DNA of 64,000 nt from Mogibacterium sp. (GCA_017510725.1 JAFWMD010000049.1:82478-146477), one strand, 5' to 3'. Positions 18,326 through 28,692 are shown, numbered from the stretch's first letter. A program made the numbers and translations. The notes: generated by a model not told the origin, from the letters alone.

Positions 18326-18503
18326 CCTTCTCTATATCAGTATGTATTATTAATACTCAATCCTTGTTGCAGGCATATTATGCAATAAGCCCGTTCATAT
18401 TATTTTACCATACAGACGGATTCTTTTTTATTAAACAATTAGTTAACAATATCCGGCTTGCCTTGCAATTCCAGGTATCTGATAGCAACTACGCATCCGG
18501 TTT

Positions 18504-20714
18504 CTACCAGTCTCCGTCGCCCCAGCTGCTGCTTCCGCCGCCGCTTGATTTCTTCTTCTTAGAGGACGACTTTTTCTTCTTGCTTCCGCCGCCGCCACCG
18601 CCGCTGCTTACGACAGGCTTAGGTCCTATGCTCTTGCTGATAGTGACGGTTGAACCCTTGTTGGCGGTCTTGCCGCCTGCTACGGACTGCTCTACGATCG
18701 TTCCCGATGCAGCGCTGTTATAAACTTCTACGACTTCTACGCCGAATCCAAGATCCTTAAGCGCCTTGGATGCCTCATCGGCTCCCTTGCCGACTACATC
18801 AGGCACTTCGACCTGTGTGATGCCCTTGCTCTTAACGACATTGATGACCTGGCCTTCCTCACAGTCGGTGCCCTTCTCGATCTCCTGGCTGATTATCATG
18901 TCCTTGCCAAGTGTGTCAGAGAATTCTTCTCCTGTTACCTCAATGACCAGTCCGAGCTTTTTAGCTGCTTTCTCAGCGTCTCCGAGTTTCTGCCCTACGA
19001 GCTCAGGTGCAGGGATTGGTTTTCCCTTACTGACAACAACCTCAACCGGTGATCCCTTCTTGAGGTGTGATCCGGCTTCAGCCGTCTGAGAAATTACTGT
19101 ATCCCTAGGTACATCATCCGAGAACTGGCGATCTTCTGAATATGAAAGGCCCGCATCTTCTATCGCTGCCTTTGCGCTGTCAGCTCCGAGGCCGGCAACA
19201 TCTGGCACAGTGTGATTGAAGTAGGTAAATGCGAAGATACCCAGAGCAACAACCACCACACCTGCTATGATAGGTATTATAGGTGTCTTCTTCTTTTCAG
19301 CCGGCTTGCGGACCGCAGTTTTTTTGCCGGCAGCAGCAGGTTTCTTCTCTTCGACTGCAGTATCAGCCGCAGCCGGAATTCCTGCATTCATTGCCATAAG
19401 AGCAGGATCACCCATCGTTTCTTCGTCTTCGAGCTCCTGCGAATCAGTGATCGGCACCATGACATCATCCAGATCCTCAGTAGCCTCTATTTCAGGCTTG
19501 AACCTGTCGTCGCTTACGCCCGTGCTCAATTCGATTTCAGGCATTGACGGTTCATGCACGGATGGCTCATGTACCGGTGGTTCCGGTCTTGATGGCTCTG
19601 GTCTGGAAATCTCCTGTACTGAAGGCTCAGACACCCTGACAGGTTCCGGATGCGAATATGCACCCATAGACCTCTCTCTGCCTGCAGCCGCTGAACTGAA
19701 TATCGATACCGTGGCATCTTCAGGAACGGCTGCCGACATGGCTGATCCGGTGCTTGCTTCCATTTTGCCCAGCGAATCGCCGGATGGATAAATCAGACTT
19801 GCTTCGTTGTCGTTGTACAGGATCGCCTCAAGAGCCTTACGCATGTCTCCCGGACGCTCATATCTTTCCTTAGGATCATATGCACACGCCTTGAGAATGA
19901 TCTCTGCAAGGCGTCCATGCGCATTGCATGGAGGAGGAAGCTGTTCTCCGTTCATCCTGCGCATGTTTGCTTTTTCGCGGTCGGAGTATTTGATCTCCTG
20001 CGGATACGGCGGCATCAGCGGAGTCCTGTTATTGTTAAGGAAACGGTAAAGAACTATGCCCAGTGAATAGATATCAACCGTTGAGTCATAGTGCTGCCCC
20101 TTATAGACTTCAGGAGCCATGTACGAATATGTGCCCTTCTTGGACATTCCGACGCTGGCTTTCTCCATCTGCCTTGCGATACCGAAGTCTCCGAGCTTAT
20201 ATGATCCGATGCTGGAGACGAAAATATTCTCAGGCTTGATGTCCCTGTGGATCAGGTTGAACTTCTGGCACACTTCAAGTGCCTTGCACATGTCAATACC
20301 GAGATTGATGACGTCACGGATAGTCAGAGGATGCTGCGAGATATATTGATAAAGCGGAGTCAGAAGCTCCATTCTTATGCAGATCTCCCAGCCGTAATAA
20401 TCCGTAATAGGCGTAACAGAGTGGTCTTCGTAGCTGACTATGTTGCTGTGTCCGCGAAGTTCGGACATCAGGGATATCTCGTCAACGATCTCATCTGCCA
20501 TGCCGCGGAAATACTCGGTCACGCTGTGCTCTTCCATTCCCTCGCTTATTACAGAATTCAGTTCTGATTTGCTCTGAGGGATGCGAATGACTTTAAGCGC
20601 GGATTCGTAAGTACGTCCGAATTCCTTTCTGACTACTTTATATACGCTTCCGAACGCGCCTTCACCGAGAAGTGAATCTATGGTCCAGTCTCTCCATTTA
20701 TCACCAATGTTCAT
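18504..20714 (-). CDS. Hanks-type Ser/Thr protein kinase with three PASTA repeats (K1)
   Basis: GEGAFGSVYK, ALKVIRIPQ, HRDIKPENIF, DFGIAR, YMAPE. TM (IIPIIAGVVVVALGIFAFTYF). PASTA-like VPDVAGLGADSAKAAIEDAGL, APELVGQKLGDAEKAAKKLGL, VPDVVGKGADEASKALKDLGF. Low-complexity tail GGGGGGSKKKKSSSKKKKSSGGGSSSWGDGDW. Confidence 0.92.
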   Translation of the reverse strand: MNIGDKWRDWTIDSLLGEGAFGSVYKVVRKEFGRTYESALKVIRIPQSKSELNSVISEGMEEHSVTEYFRGMADEIVDEISLMSELRGHSNIVSYEDHSVTPITDYYGWEICIRMELLTPLYQYISQHPLTIRDVINLGIDMCKALEVCQKFNLIHRDIKPENIFVSSIGSYKLGDFGIARQMEKASVGMSKKGTYSYMAPEVYKGQHYDSTVDIYSLGIVLYRFLNNNRTPLMPPYPQEIKYSDREKANMRRMNGEQLPPPCNAHGRLAEIILKACAYDPKERYERPGDMRKALEAILYNDNEASLIYPSGDSLGKMEASTGSAMSAAVPEDATVSIFSSAAAGRERSMGAYSHPEPVRVSEPSVQEISRPEPSRPEPPVHEPSVHEPSMPEIELSTGVSDDRFKPEIEATEDLDDVMVPITDSQELEDEETMGDPALMAMNAGIPAAADTAVEEKKPAAAGKKTAVRKPAEKKKTPIIPIIAGVVVVALGIFAFTYFNHTVPDVAGLGADSAKAAIEDAGLSYSEDRQFSDDVPRDTVISQTAEAGSHLKKGSPVEVVVSKGKPIPAPELVGQKLGDAEKAAKKLGLVIEVTGEEFSDTLGKDMIISQEIEKGTDCEEGQVINVVKSKGITQVEVPDVVGKGADEASKALKDLGFGVEVVEVYNSAASGTIVEQSVAGGKTANKGSTVTISKSIGPKPVVSSGGGGGGSKKKKSSSKKKKSSGGGSSSWGDGDW

Positions 20715-20768
20715 TAGTTTGCCAATTTCCTTTCAGTTTCAACATAAATAGCAAATTATTATATCATA

Positions 20769-22400
20769 TTATTTGCCCGTGTCATCATCCCATTCGCATA
20801 TATATCCGAAATATTTCGTGGAGCAGTAGTCCGGCGCTTCTTCATGACTGACGCCGTTAACATTGGATGTGCCTGCATTGTTTATATCGTTCCACCTCAG
20901 ATATTCGCCTGCACCCTGGTCTCCCTTAGTCAGCTGTATCTCAAGGTAATCCTGCCCTTCTTTCTTGATATCGTTTACACCGTCGTTAGGCTGGTTATCG
21001 CCCCAGTTTGAGTAGTCCCAGGCTTCTTCCGTTATCCATTTCCATCTGCTTTCTGATTCCTCGTCGGTACCTCCCAGCCAATAGTGATGGACATTTGCAT
21101 TCTGAGTATCATGCTCTTCTATCAGGTCTGAGATGAAGCTCTGCTCCTCTGCGCTTGTTATTGTGGCGAGGTGTCCGCTGTTTTCCTCGCATGCCGCCCT
21201 TGCCTCTGTCCAGGTAAGGTGTTCATCAATGAGCTTATAATAGTGGCCGTTGAACGCTGCTGCCCCTTCAAGGTATTCCAGAACAGCCTTCTCAGCAGGC
21301 TTCGTTGCCAGGAAGACCCCTCCTGCTATAAAAGCCAGGGCTACGGCAGCAGCTATAAGGATCAGCGGTTTTCTGCTGTGTGAAACAGGAACATCCCTTG
21401 CCGCTGCAGCTGTCGTTCCATCTGCCGCAGCTGCTTCATCTGCTACAGTTGCTTCATCCGCAAAGTCATAGACCGGACGATCGCCGTATTGCTGATAAGC
21501 CTCAAGATCACGGCGCATCTGAGAAGCAGTACGGTATCTGTCTGCCGGATCGGCCGCGCATGCTTTAAGTATGATCTGAGACAGCCTGTTTCCGGCATAT
21601 TGAGGCGCGGGGATCTTTTCTCCGCTGAGCCTTCTGACCCTTGCCTCTTCCTCATCCTGCAATGTCACCTTGGCAGGAGGCACCGGCAGGAACGGCGCCC
21701 TGTTTCCGTTGAGCAATGAATACAGTACTATGCCCAGCGAATAGATATCCACTGTCTCATCATAGCGTTCTCCCCTGAACACCTCAGGAGCCATGTATTT
21801 ATACGTTCCCTTTTTGGACATGCCTCCCGTTGTTTTCTCCATCGTTCTCGCAATACCGAAGTCTCCTAGCTTGAAGTCTCCATTATCCGAAATGAAGATG
21901 TTCTGGGGCTTGATGTCCCTGTGTATGATGTTCTTTTTATGACATATTTCGAGCGCCTTGCAGATGTCTGTGCCCAGCCTTACCACTTCACTCTCATCGA
22001 GCTTTCTTTCGATCATGCGGCTGATCAGCGGCGTGAGCAATTCCATCCTTATAAGGATGTCGTAGCCTATGCCGTCATCGTGAGGGATGATCATGTGATC
22101 TTCATAGCTCACTATATTGCTGTTTCCCTTGAGCTGAGCCATGATCTCGTTCTCATTGATTATCTCTTTGAGAACTGTATTGTAATAATCCGAGATCGAT
22201 GCGAGATCTGAGCCCTCACTTAGCAGACTCCTGATATCCTCCTCATCCTGAGGAACAGTGATTATCTTGAGAGCTGCCCTGTAAGTCGTTCCGAACTCCT
22301 CTCTGGTGATTTCGAATACCTTACCGAAGCTGCCCTTACCTATAAGTCTGCTCAGATACCACGACCCGAAAAACGGTTCATATTTTCTGTACTCTTCCAT
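20769..22400 (-). CDS. Hanks-type Ser/Thr protein kinase with extracellular C-type lectin-like domain (K2)
   Basis: GKGSFGKVFE, ALKIITVPQ, HRDIKPQNIF, DFGIAR, YMAPE. TM (LILIAAAVALAFIAGGVFLA). CTLD pattern: WTEARAACEENSGHLATITSAEEQSFI ... HYWLGGTDEESESRWKWITEEAWDYSNWGDNQPND ... RWNDINN ... YICEW. Confidence 0.88.
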   Translation of the reverse strand: MEEYRKYEPFFGSWYLSRLIGKGSFGKVFEITREEFGTTYRAALKIITVPQDEEDIRSLLSEGSDLASISDYYNTVLKEIINENEIMAQLKGNSNIVSYEDHMIIPHDDGIGYDILIRMELLTPLISRMIERKLDESEVVRLGTDICKALEICHKKNIIHRDIKPQNIFISDNGDFKLGDFGIARTMEKTTGGMSKKGTYKYMAPEVFRGERYDETVDIYSLGIVLYSLLNGNRAPFLPVPPAKVTLQDEEEARVRRLSGEKIPAPQYAGNRLSQIILKACAADPADRYRTASQMRRDLEAYQQYGDRPVYDFADEATVADEAAAADGTTAAAARDVPVSHSRKPLILIAAAVALAFIAGGVFLATKPAEKAVLEYLEGAAAFNGHYYKLIDEHLTWTEARAACEENSGHLATITSAEEQSFISDLIEEHDTQNANVHHYWLGGTDEESESRWKWITEEAWDYSNWGDNQPNDGVNDIKKEGQDYLEIQLTKGDQGAGEYLRWNDINNAGTSNVNGVSHEEAPDYCSTKYFGYICEWDDDTGK

Positions 22401-22428
22401 ATGTCTGTACCTGTTTTTCTATTATGAT

Positions 22429-22500
22429 TTTATAACATCCGTATGCGGGGAATGGCCAAAACTGACAGTCTGCACGTCTATACGCCTGAACGGCATATTT
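22429..22500 (-). promoter_or_regulatory. Candidate regulated promoter of K2-K1 unit: 31-bp phased-repeat element plus extended -10
   Basis: Plus-strand 22470-22500 CTGCACGTCTATACGCCTGAACGGCATATTT has TGCA/GGCA cores 21 nt apart. 35 nt further on in minus-strand reading is TGTTATAAAAT (22437-22427). See the related sites at 31040-31070 and 48006-48036. Confidence 0.45.
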
Positions 22501-22574
22501 ATGCCTGTCCTGCTGCGGATTTGATGCGTAATTATAGCACAGCCCGGTCCGGCATTCGGCTAACCTTTATTTAT

Positions 22575-22583
22575 TGTTATAAT
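22575..22583 (+). promoter_or_regulatory. Extended -10 box (TGtTATAAT) for the plus-strand K3-K4-PP2C unit
   Basis: TG at 22575-22576 and TATAAT at 22578-22583, about 60 nt upstream of GTG 22643. A second TATAAT lies at 22593-22598. Confidence 0.4.
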
Positions 22584-22642
22584 GTTTGATGATATAATAA
22601 TCAGACAGCAATTTTTAACAGTATACGGACAATGGTGGATCA

Positions 22643-24379
22643 GTGAATATAGGTGATACATGGAAAGGCTGGACTGTCGACTCCGTCATCGGAGAAGGCA
22701 CGTTCGGCTCAGTTTACAGAATAGTGCGCGAAGAGTTCGGTCATGTATATGAGTCGGCTCTCAAAGTCATCAGAGTACCTCAGAGCAGCACCGAACTGGC
22801 TTCCCTCAGGGAAGAGGGCATGAGCGATGAGAGCATTACCTTGTATTATCAGGGAATGATTGAAGAGATCGTATCTGAGATCTCCATCATGTCAAAGCTC
22901 AGAGGCAACAGCAACATTGTCAGCTACGAGGATCACAAGGTAGTCGAACTTGAGGATGACTTCGGGTGGAACATCTTCATCCGCATGGAGATGCTGACTC
23001 CTCTGTATACGTATATAAAGGATCACCCGATGTCCGAGAAGGATGTTGTAAAACTGGGAATCGATATCTGCAGGGCTCTCGAGGTCTGCCAGCATTTCAG
23101 CATCATCCACAGGGATATAAAGCCTGAAAACATATTCGTTTCATCACAGGGAACTTTCAAGCTGGGAGATTTCGGCATCGCCAAGCAGCTCGACAAAGCC
23201 ACCCAGGCTCTTTCGAAGAAAGGCACCTATACATACATGGCACCTGAGGTTTACCGCGAGGAGCCTTACGGAGCTACAGTCGACACCTATTCACTGGGAA
23301 TCGTTCTGTACAGATTCCTCAATGACGGACGTACACCGTTCATGCCGCCTGCCGACCAGCCAATACGCTTCCAGGACAAGGACAAGGCAACAGCAAAAAG
23401 AATGCTGGGCCAGCCTCTGCCTCCTCCTTCCGGAGCTCAGCCTGCGCTATCAGATATCATACTCAAAGCCTGCGCTTTTGCCCCTGAAGACAGGTACAGC
23501 AGCGCCAGGGATATGCGTCTGGCTCTTGAATCCCTCTATCCTGACGAATTCAGGACTTTATCCGGGACAACTGAAATGGACCTGAGCGACGACCCTACTC
23601 TTGCATGGGATGCGGCTTCCGATGATTCCGATGAAGTGACACTGCCATGGAATGCAGTTCCTGAAAAACCGTCTGCATCCGGCGGCAAAGGCAGGAAAAA
23701 CTACGGTAAGATCATAGGTATCGCAGCAGCAGCTGTAATCGTTATACTTGCCGGTTATCTCATATACAGCAACATGGGCAAGGTAGAAGTTCCATACGCT
23801 GTCGGCCTTAATGAAGATGAGGCACAGACTGCGATAGAGTCAGCCGGCTTTATATATACCGAAAACCGTGAATTCTCTGAAGACGTTGATCAGGGTACAG
23901 TTATATCCCAGTCTACTGCCGAAGGAGGTTCTCTGAAAAAGGGTTCTGAAGTCACAGTAGTTGTAAGCCGCGGTGAGCCTCTGGAAGTGCCGGATACCCT
24001 GCGTACACCAAAGAAAAGGTCTCAGGTGATTATAGAATCGGCAGGCTTTGCCTATGAGTTCGGCGGAGAAGAATATTCCTATGAAGTTACCTCCGGATAT
24101 ATCTGCCGGCAGGAACCGGGTCCGGGTGAACAAGGTGAAGCCGGTCAGACCATAAAAGTATGGCTCAGCAAAGGCCCGGCAAGTAAGACGGTCCCTGACG
24201 TGACAGGAATGACGCCTGACAAGGCAAGAGCCGCCTTGCAGGAGGTAGGACTGAGGATAATGGTAACCTCCATGCACAGCGACAAAGTCCCTTCCGGTCA
24301 GATCATAACCCAGGAACCTGTTCCTGGAACCGAAGTTGATGAAAATTCGCTCGTTAGAGTCACAGTAAGCATCGGATAA
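22643..24379 (+). CDS. Hanks-type Ser/Thr protein kinase with PASTA repeats (K3)
   Basis: GTG start. GEGTFGSVYR, ALKVIRVPQ, HRDIKPENIF, DFGIAK, YMAPE. TM (IIGIAAAAVIVILAGYLIY). PASTA-like VPYAVGLNEDEAQTAIESAGF and VPDVTGMTPDKARAALQEVGL. Confidence 0.92.
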   Translation: MNIGDTWKGWTVDSVIGEGTFGSVYRIVREEFGHVYESALKVIRVPQSSTELASLREEGMSDESITLYYQGMIEEIVSEISIMSKLRGNSNIVSYEDHKVVELEDDFGWNIFIRMEMLTPLYTYIKDHPMSEKDVVKLGIDICRALEVCQHFSIIHRDIKPENIFVSSQGTFKLGDFGIAKQLDKATQALSKKGTYTYMAPEVYREEPYGATVDTYSLGIVLYRFLNDGRTPFMPPADQPIRFQDKDKATAKRMLGQPLPPPSGAQPALSDIILKACAFAPEDRYSSARDMRLALESLYPDEFRTLSGTTEMDLSDDPTLAWDAASDDSDEVTLPWNAVPEKPSASGGKGRKNYGKIIGIAAAAVIVILAGYLIYSNMGKVEVPYAVGLNEDEAQTAIESAGFIYTENREFSEDVDQGTVISQSTAEGGSLKKGSEVTVVVSRGEPLEVPDTLRTPKKRSQVIIESAGFAYEFGGEEYSYEVTSGYICRQEPGPGEQGEAGQTIKVWLSKGPASKTVPDVTGMTPDKARAALQEVGLRIMVTSMHSDKVPSGQIITQEPVPGTEVDENSLVRVTVSIG

Positions 24380-24393
24380 ACGGAGATCTTTTT

Positions 24394-26064
24394 ATGTTAA
24401 ACCCCGGAGATACCTGGAATGAATGGACAGTAGATTCATTTCTCGGTGAAGGACAGTTTGGAAAAGTTTTTAAAATAGTCCGGCGTGACAGTTTCGGCAA
24501 CGTTTACGAATCTGCTCTCAAGGAGATGAGGATCCCTGAGAGCGATGTTGAGCTGGAGACAATCAGAAACGAGGTCCAGGACGAGGAAGGCGTCTACAAT
24601 TACTTCCGCAGCAAAGTTGAGGATATTGTTTCCGAGTTCATTCTGATGTCTGAGCTCAAAGGAAACAGCAACATCGTCAGCTATGAGGACCATCAGGTGA
24701 TCCAGCATCCCGGTGAGCCGGTCTGGGACATCTTTATCCGGATGGAGCTGCTGACACCTCTCAACAAGCACGTCCGCAAGTCCTCTTTCACTATCAAAGA
24801 TGTTGTAAAGCTCGGCATCGATATCTGCAGCGCTCTGGAGCTTTGCCAGGCCAATCACATCATCCACAGGGATATCAAGCCAGAGAATATATTCTATTCT
24901 GAAACAGGAAACTATAAACTTGGCGATTTCGGTATCGCCCGTGAACTGGATGCTACCGCAGCCATGACACGTGTCGGTACGTACTCATACATGGCTCCTG
25001 AGATCAGCAAAGGCCTTGCGTATAACGCTTCCGTAGACATCTACTCTCTCGGTCTGGTTCTGTACCGTTTTCTTAACAACAACAGGCTGCCGTTCACCCC
25101 GCCTTACCCGGAACCTGTAAGGCACAGGGACAGAGAAGAGGCGAACAGAAAACGCATGAGGGGCGAACCAATGCCGCCGCCATGCAACGCTTCAAAAGAA
25201 CTCGCGGATGTAGTCCTCAAGGCCTGTGCATACAATCCTTTATACAGATACAGCAACGCAACGGAGATGCGTAAGGCTCTCGAGATGATCGATCCGGACA
25301 ATGCAAACGTTGTTCTGCAGCCAAAAGATGAATACAGCCGCACCGGCTCATCAGCAATATCAGCTTCTGCATCAGCCTCATCATCAGTTTCATCATCAGC
25401 TTTTGCATCCGATGATGAAGAGAAGACAGTAAAGGAAAAACCTAAGAAGAAAATCGGCAAGATCATCCTTATCTTCTTCCTGGTGCTCTTTCTGCTGGCA
25501 GCAGCCGCAGGCGGTGCAGCATTCTACTTTACCGACTATTACCTGACGTACTTCACACCTGAATATGACAACGGCCCGATCAGTGAAAAAGATCAGGCTA
25601 ACGGGTTCAACGGATCATGGGGCTATAATGAGAAAAAAGTCAAAAAGCTGAAGTACGGTGACGTTACGGCCTATGTCCCTTCCAACTGGAGACGGTACTT
25701 CCTCGACATGGGTATATACGGTAAGGAAGCCGAGGGAAGATACGCAGAAATAGATGACGCTAACGGCAACAGGCTCGCCTGGTTCAAAATCGAATATCTT
25801 GGCGAGTTCTCCTCAATAAAAGAGCTGCGGAAAAGTGATACGGGCAAGGAGCTCTTTCTTAAAGGAAAGTCAAAAGACATTGAGGGCTGCGATGATGCCT
25901 GGGCCATCAAGAGTTTCAGAAACCTTGACGGTGAGACTATCAAGGCGATTGCCGTGATAGTCAACGGCAAGGCGTACTGGATAGGCGGCGGCGCAATAGG
26001 AGATAACTACAGCGTCACCAATTTCAATAAACTGATAGACTCCTGCGAATACGCGCAGGAATAA
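24394..26064 (+). CDS. Hanks-type Ser/Thr protein kinase, single TM, unassigned ~170-aa ectodomain (K4)
   Basis: GEGQFGKVFK, ALKEMRIPE, HRDIKPENIF, DFGIAR, YMAPE. TM (IILIFFLVLFLLAAAAGGAAFYF). Confidence 0.9.
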   Translation: MLNPGDTWNEWTVDSFLGEGQFGKVFKIVRRDSFGNVYESALKEMRIPESDVELETIRNEVQDEEGVYNYFRSKVEDIVSEFILMSELKGNSNIVSYEDHQVIQHPGEPVWDIFIRMELLTPLNKHVRKSSFTIKDVVKLGIDICSALELCQANHIIHRDIKPENIFYSETGNYKLGDFGIARELDATAAMTRVGTYSYMAPEISKGLAYNASVDIYSLGLVLYRFLNNNRLPFTPPYPEPVRHRDREEANRKRMRGEPMPPPCNASKELADVVLKACAYNPLYRYSNATEMRKALEMIDPDNANVVLQPKDEYSRTGSSAISASASASSSVSSSAFASDDEEKTVKEKPKKKIGKIILIFFLVLFLLAAAAGGAAFYFTDYYLTYFTPEYDNGPISEKDQANGFNGSWGYNEKKVKKLKYGDVTAYVPSNWRRYFLDMGIYGKEAEGRYAEIDDANGNRLAWFKIEYLGEFSSIKELRKSDTGKELFLKGKSKDIEGCDDAWAIKSFRNLDGETIKAIAVIVNGKAYWIGGGAIGDNYSVTNFNKLIDSCEYAQE

Positions 26065-26082
26065 TTAAGGGAGGATAGCGCT

Positions 26083-26856
26083 TTGAAATTTACAATATCG
26101 GGAATATCTGATCCGGGAAAGCTCCGGAAAATAAACCAGGACAATTTCTGCTGTGACGGACGCATTCGCGATCTTATACTTGACAGACTGACTTTTGATG
26201 GAGAAGTGAATGAAGACAAAGGCTGGCTGGCAGCTGTCTTTGACGGCATGGGCGGAGAGAAGTTCGGCGAAATAGCCTCTCTGCTTGCTGCTGAAGCCAC
26301 ACTGAAGTATTGCGCCATGACGGAGCCGCCTTATGACATTAACAGTCTTATATACGATATAAACTCAAAGCTGTGCGATGAGATCGATCTCCGCATGTGC
26401 ACCATGGGCAGCACATGTGTCTATCTGGAGTTTGACGGTGACAAGTGCCGCAGCTGGAATCTCGGAGACAGCAGGGCATACATATTACATGACGGCGCAT
26501 TGGAGCAGCTTTCAGAAGATCATACTGAAGCATCCTCTTACCGCGCTGTCTTTGGCGATGCCGCTGTGCGCCTCGGAAGCGAGAACCGCCTGACGCAGCA
26601 CCTGGGCATCCCGGCGGATGATTTCATCGTTGAGCCTTATGTTTCCCAGTGGAACACCCTGGAACCGGGGGATTTACTGCTGCTTTGCAGTGACGGCCTC
26701 TCTCACCTGGTTGACGACGAAGACATCACTGCAGTGATGACCTCTTCATCCTCCATACAGGAAAAAAGAGACCAGCTTCTGGAGCTGGCTCTTGATAACG
26801 GCGGCAAGGACAACGTCACTATTATTCTCTTTGAAGCCGGAGACTCCGACTTTTGA
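26083..26856 (+). CDS. PP2C-family Ser/Thr phosphatase
   Basis: TTG start. AAVFDGMGGEKFGEIAS, GDSRAYIL, LLLCSDGLSHLV, GGKDNVTIILFE. Confidence 0.9.
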   Translation: MKFTISGISDPGKLRKINQDNFCCDGRIRDLILDRLTFDGEVNEDKGWLAAVFDGMGGEKFGEIASLLAAEATLKYCAMTEPPYDINSLIYDINSKLCDEIDLRMCTMGSTCVYLEFDGDKCRSWNLGDSRAYILHDGALEQLSEDHTEASSYRAVFGDAAVRLGSENRLTQHLGIPADDFIVEPYVSQWNTLEPGDLLLLCSDGLSHLVDDEDITAVMTSSSSIQEKRDQLLELALDNGGKDNVTIILFEAGDSDF

Positions 26857-26883
26857 TGATCACCAAGTGATTTGCAGTAGTTT

Positions 26884-28677
26884 CTATATTTCTTCGCAGC
26901 TATTCAGCCAGACCATATTGCCGGGATAAATGTAGTCTTCGCCCTCGCTGATATCCATCGAGCCGAAGTCTTCCATCTTTATCCCTCCATTTTCGATTGA
27001 AACTACTGCATATGTCTGTGATCCCATATGTCCCCATCCTACAACCATACCGTTGTGACCGGGATAGGCATATACTGCTGAATGTCCTCCGTTGAGCTCC
27101 CCTGCCTCGGTCACTTCTCCGGATTTATATGTGAATATCTTCAGCTTCATATCTGATTCAGGCCCGGGTGTGTAAACGATCAGTTCCGGGACCCCATCTA
27201 TATCTATATCTGTGTATCCGCACATTCCGGTAAATCCGTCAGAATCTGTTGCATACTGCTTTGCTACGGCACTGTATGCTGCTGCGATATCTGTCGGCAT
27301 GTTCAGGACTACGCTTTCGTTGACGTATTCCGGATTCTTACCTCCCCATTCTGCAGCCTCATCATAATTTCCATTACGGAATGCGGTCAGGAAATTCTCT
27401 GTATTTATTCCTTCAGTATTGACTGCGGTATCAGACGAAACAGTCTGTTCATCGATCTCCTGAGACTCTTCAGTCTGACCCGTATCCTGCATGCCGGTGT
27501 TCTCACTCTGAGCGGCAGGAGCGGCAGTGTCTCCCTTCCAGAAACCATTAAGCGCCCCTATCAATACGATCACCCCAAGCAAAGCAGCCGCTATACCGGC
27601 AAACACTTTTTTATTTCGACCTGTTTTTCCCGCATAGCCGGTATTATTTAAGCTATTTCTGCTCCTGGCTGAGCCTGTATATGCCGTCTGGCGGCCTGTG
27701 TATGATCCTGGTGAAGTCTGTTCATATACTGTGGATTTCTCATCATCAGCGACATCGAACATCGGCATTGTTCCTTCGCCTGCAAGAGTAAGGTCCTCCA
27801 GCATGTCTTTTGAAGATCTGTACCTGTCTTTCCTGTTATAAGAACATGCTTTCAGGACCACTGCCTGCAGCGGCAGGCTTCCTGAAACCGGCGCCGGTAT
27901 GATTTCACCATTCAGCCTTCTTTGCAGAGATGCTTCTTTTTCACTGGCAGTAGGTATTCTGTCAGGATCAAGAAAAGGCAGTTTACCCTTATTCAGCATT
28001 CTGTACATGACAAGCCCCAGAGAATAAGTGTCCACATCTCTGCCATATTTCTTTCTCATTATGACCTCAGGAGCCATGTATGATTCAGTGCCTGCAACAG
28101 TTGCACTTACCGTATGCTCAAAGGGCCTTGCTGTTCCGAAGTCACCGAGCTTATATGCACCGTTGTCAGTTACCAGAATATTCTGAGGTTTGATATCCCT
28201 GTGGATCAGTTTGTGGTTCTCACATGCGACAAGGGCTTTGCAGATATCCTCTCCCAGTCTCAGCACATCATCTTCAGTGATGTCTCTGTATTTCCACATC
28301 TGCTGCAATGGAGTCAAAAGCTCCATCATTATATAAAGATCGCAGCCGATTCCGTCCCGGTGACCAACCATTTTAAAATCATCACACCTGACGATATTCG
28401 GGTTGCCTCTCAGCTCATACATGATGTCATATTCCCTGCGTATGCTGTTGACTCTCTCTTCACACAGCCTGCGCGCAGAAGCGTCATCATAGCTTGATCC
28501 ATATATGTCATCAAGCATGTCTGCCCCAATTGAAATGACTTTCATCGCCGCTTTCAGAGCCTGCTTACCTCCGGCAGATGGTTTTTCTATTTCATATACT
28601 CTTCCGAAGCTGCCCTGTCCCAGCAGTTTTACAAGCTGCCATCCGGTCCAGGGAACATAAACATCTGAATAATTCAC
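26884..28677 (-). CDS. Hanks-type Ser/Thr protein kinase, single TM, unassigned ectodomain (K5)
   Basis: GQGSFGRVYE, AMKVISI, HRDIKPQNILV, DFGTAR, YMAPE. TM (VFAGIAAALLGVIVLIGALNGFW). About 200-aa C-terminal extracellular region. Confidence 0.9.
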   Translation of the reverse strand: MNYSDVYVPWTGWQLVKLLGQGSFGRVYEIEKPSAGGKQALKAAMKVISIGADMLDDIYGSSYDDASARRLCEERVNSIRREYDIMYELRGNPNIVRCDDFKMVGHRDGIGCDLYIMMELLTPLQQMWKYRDITEDDVLRLGEDICKALVACENHKLIHRDIKPQNILVTDNGAYKLGDFGTARPFEHTVSATVAGTESYMAPEVIMRKKYGRDVDTYSLGLVMYRMLNKGKLPFLDPDRIPTASEKEASLQRRLNGEIIPAPVSGSLPLQAVVLKACSYNRKDRYRSSKDMLEDLTLAGEGTMPMFDVADDEKSTVYEQTSPGSYTGRQTAYTGSARSRNSLNNTGYAGKTGRNKKVFAGIAAALLGVIVLIGALNGFWKGDTAAPAAQSENTGMQDTGQTEESQEIDEQTVSSDTAVNTEGINTENFLTAFRNGNYDEAAEWGGKNPEYVNESVVLNMPTDIAAAYSAVAKQYATDSDGFTGMCGYTDIDIDGVPELIVYTPGPESDMKLKIFTYKSGEVTEAGELNGGHSAVYAYPGHNGMVVGWGHMGSQTYAVVSIENGGIKMEDFGSMDISEGEDYIYPGNMVWLNSCEEI

Positions 28678-28692
28678 TCCATACTCCCGTTT

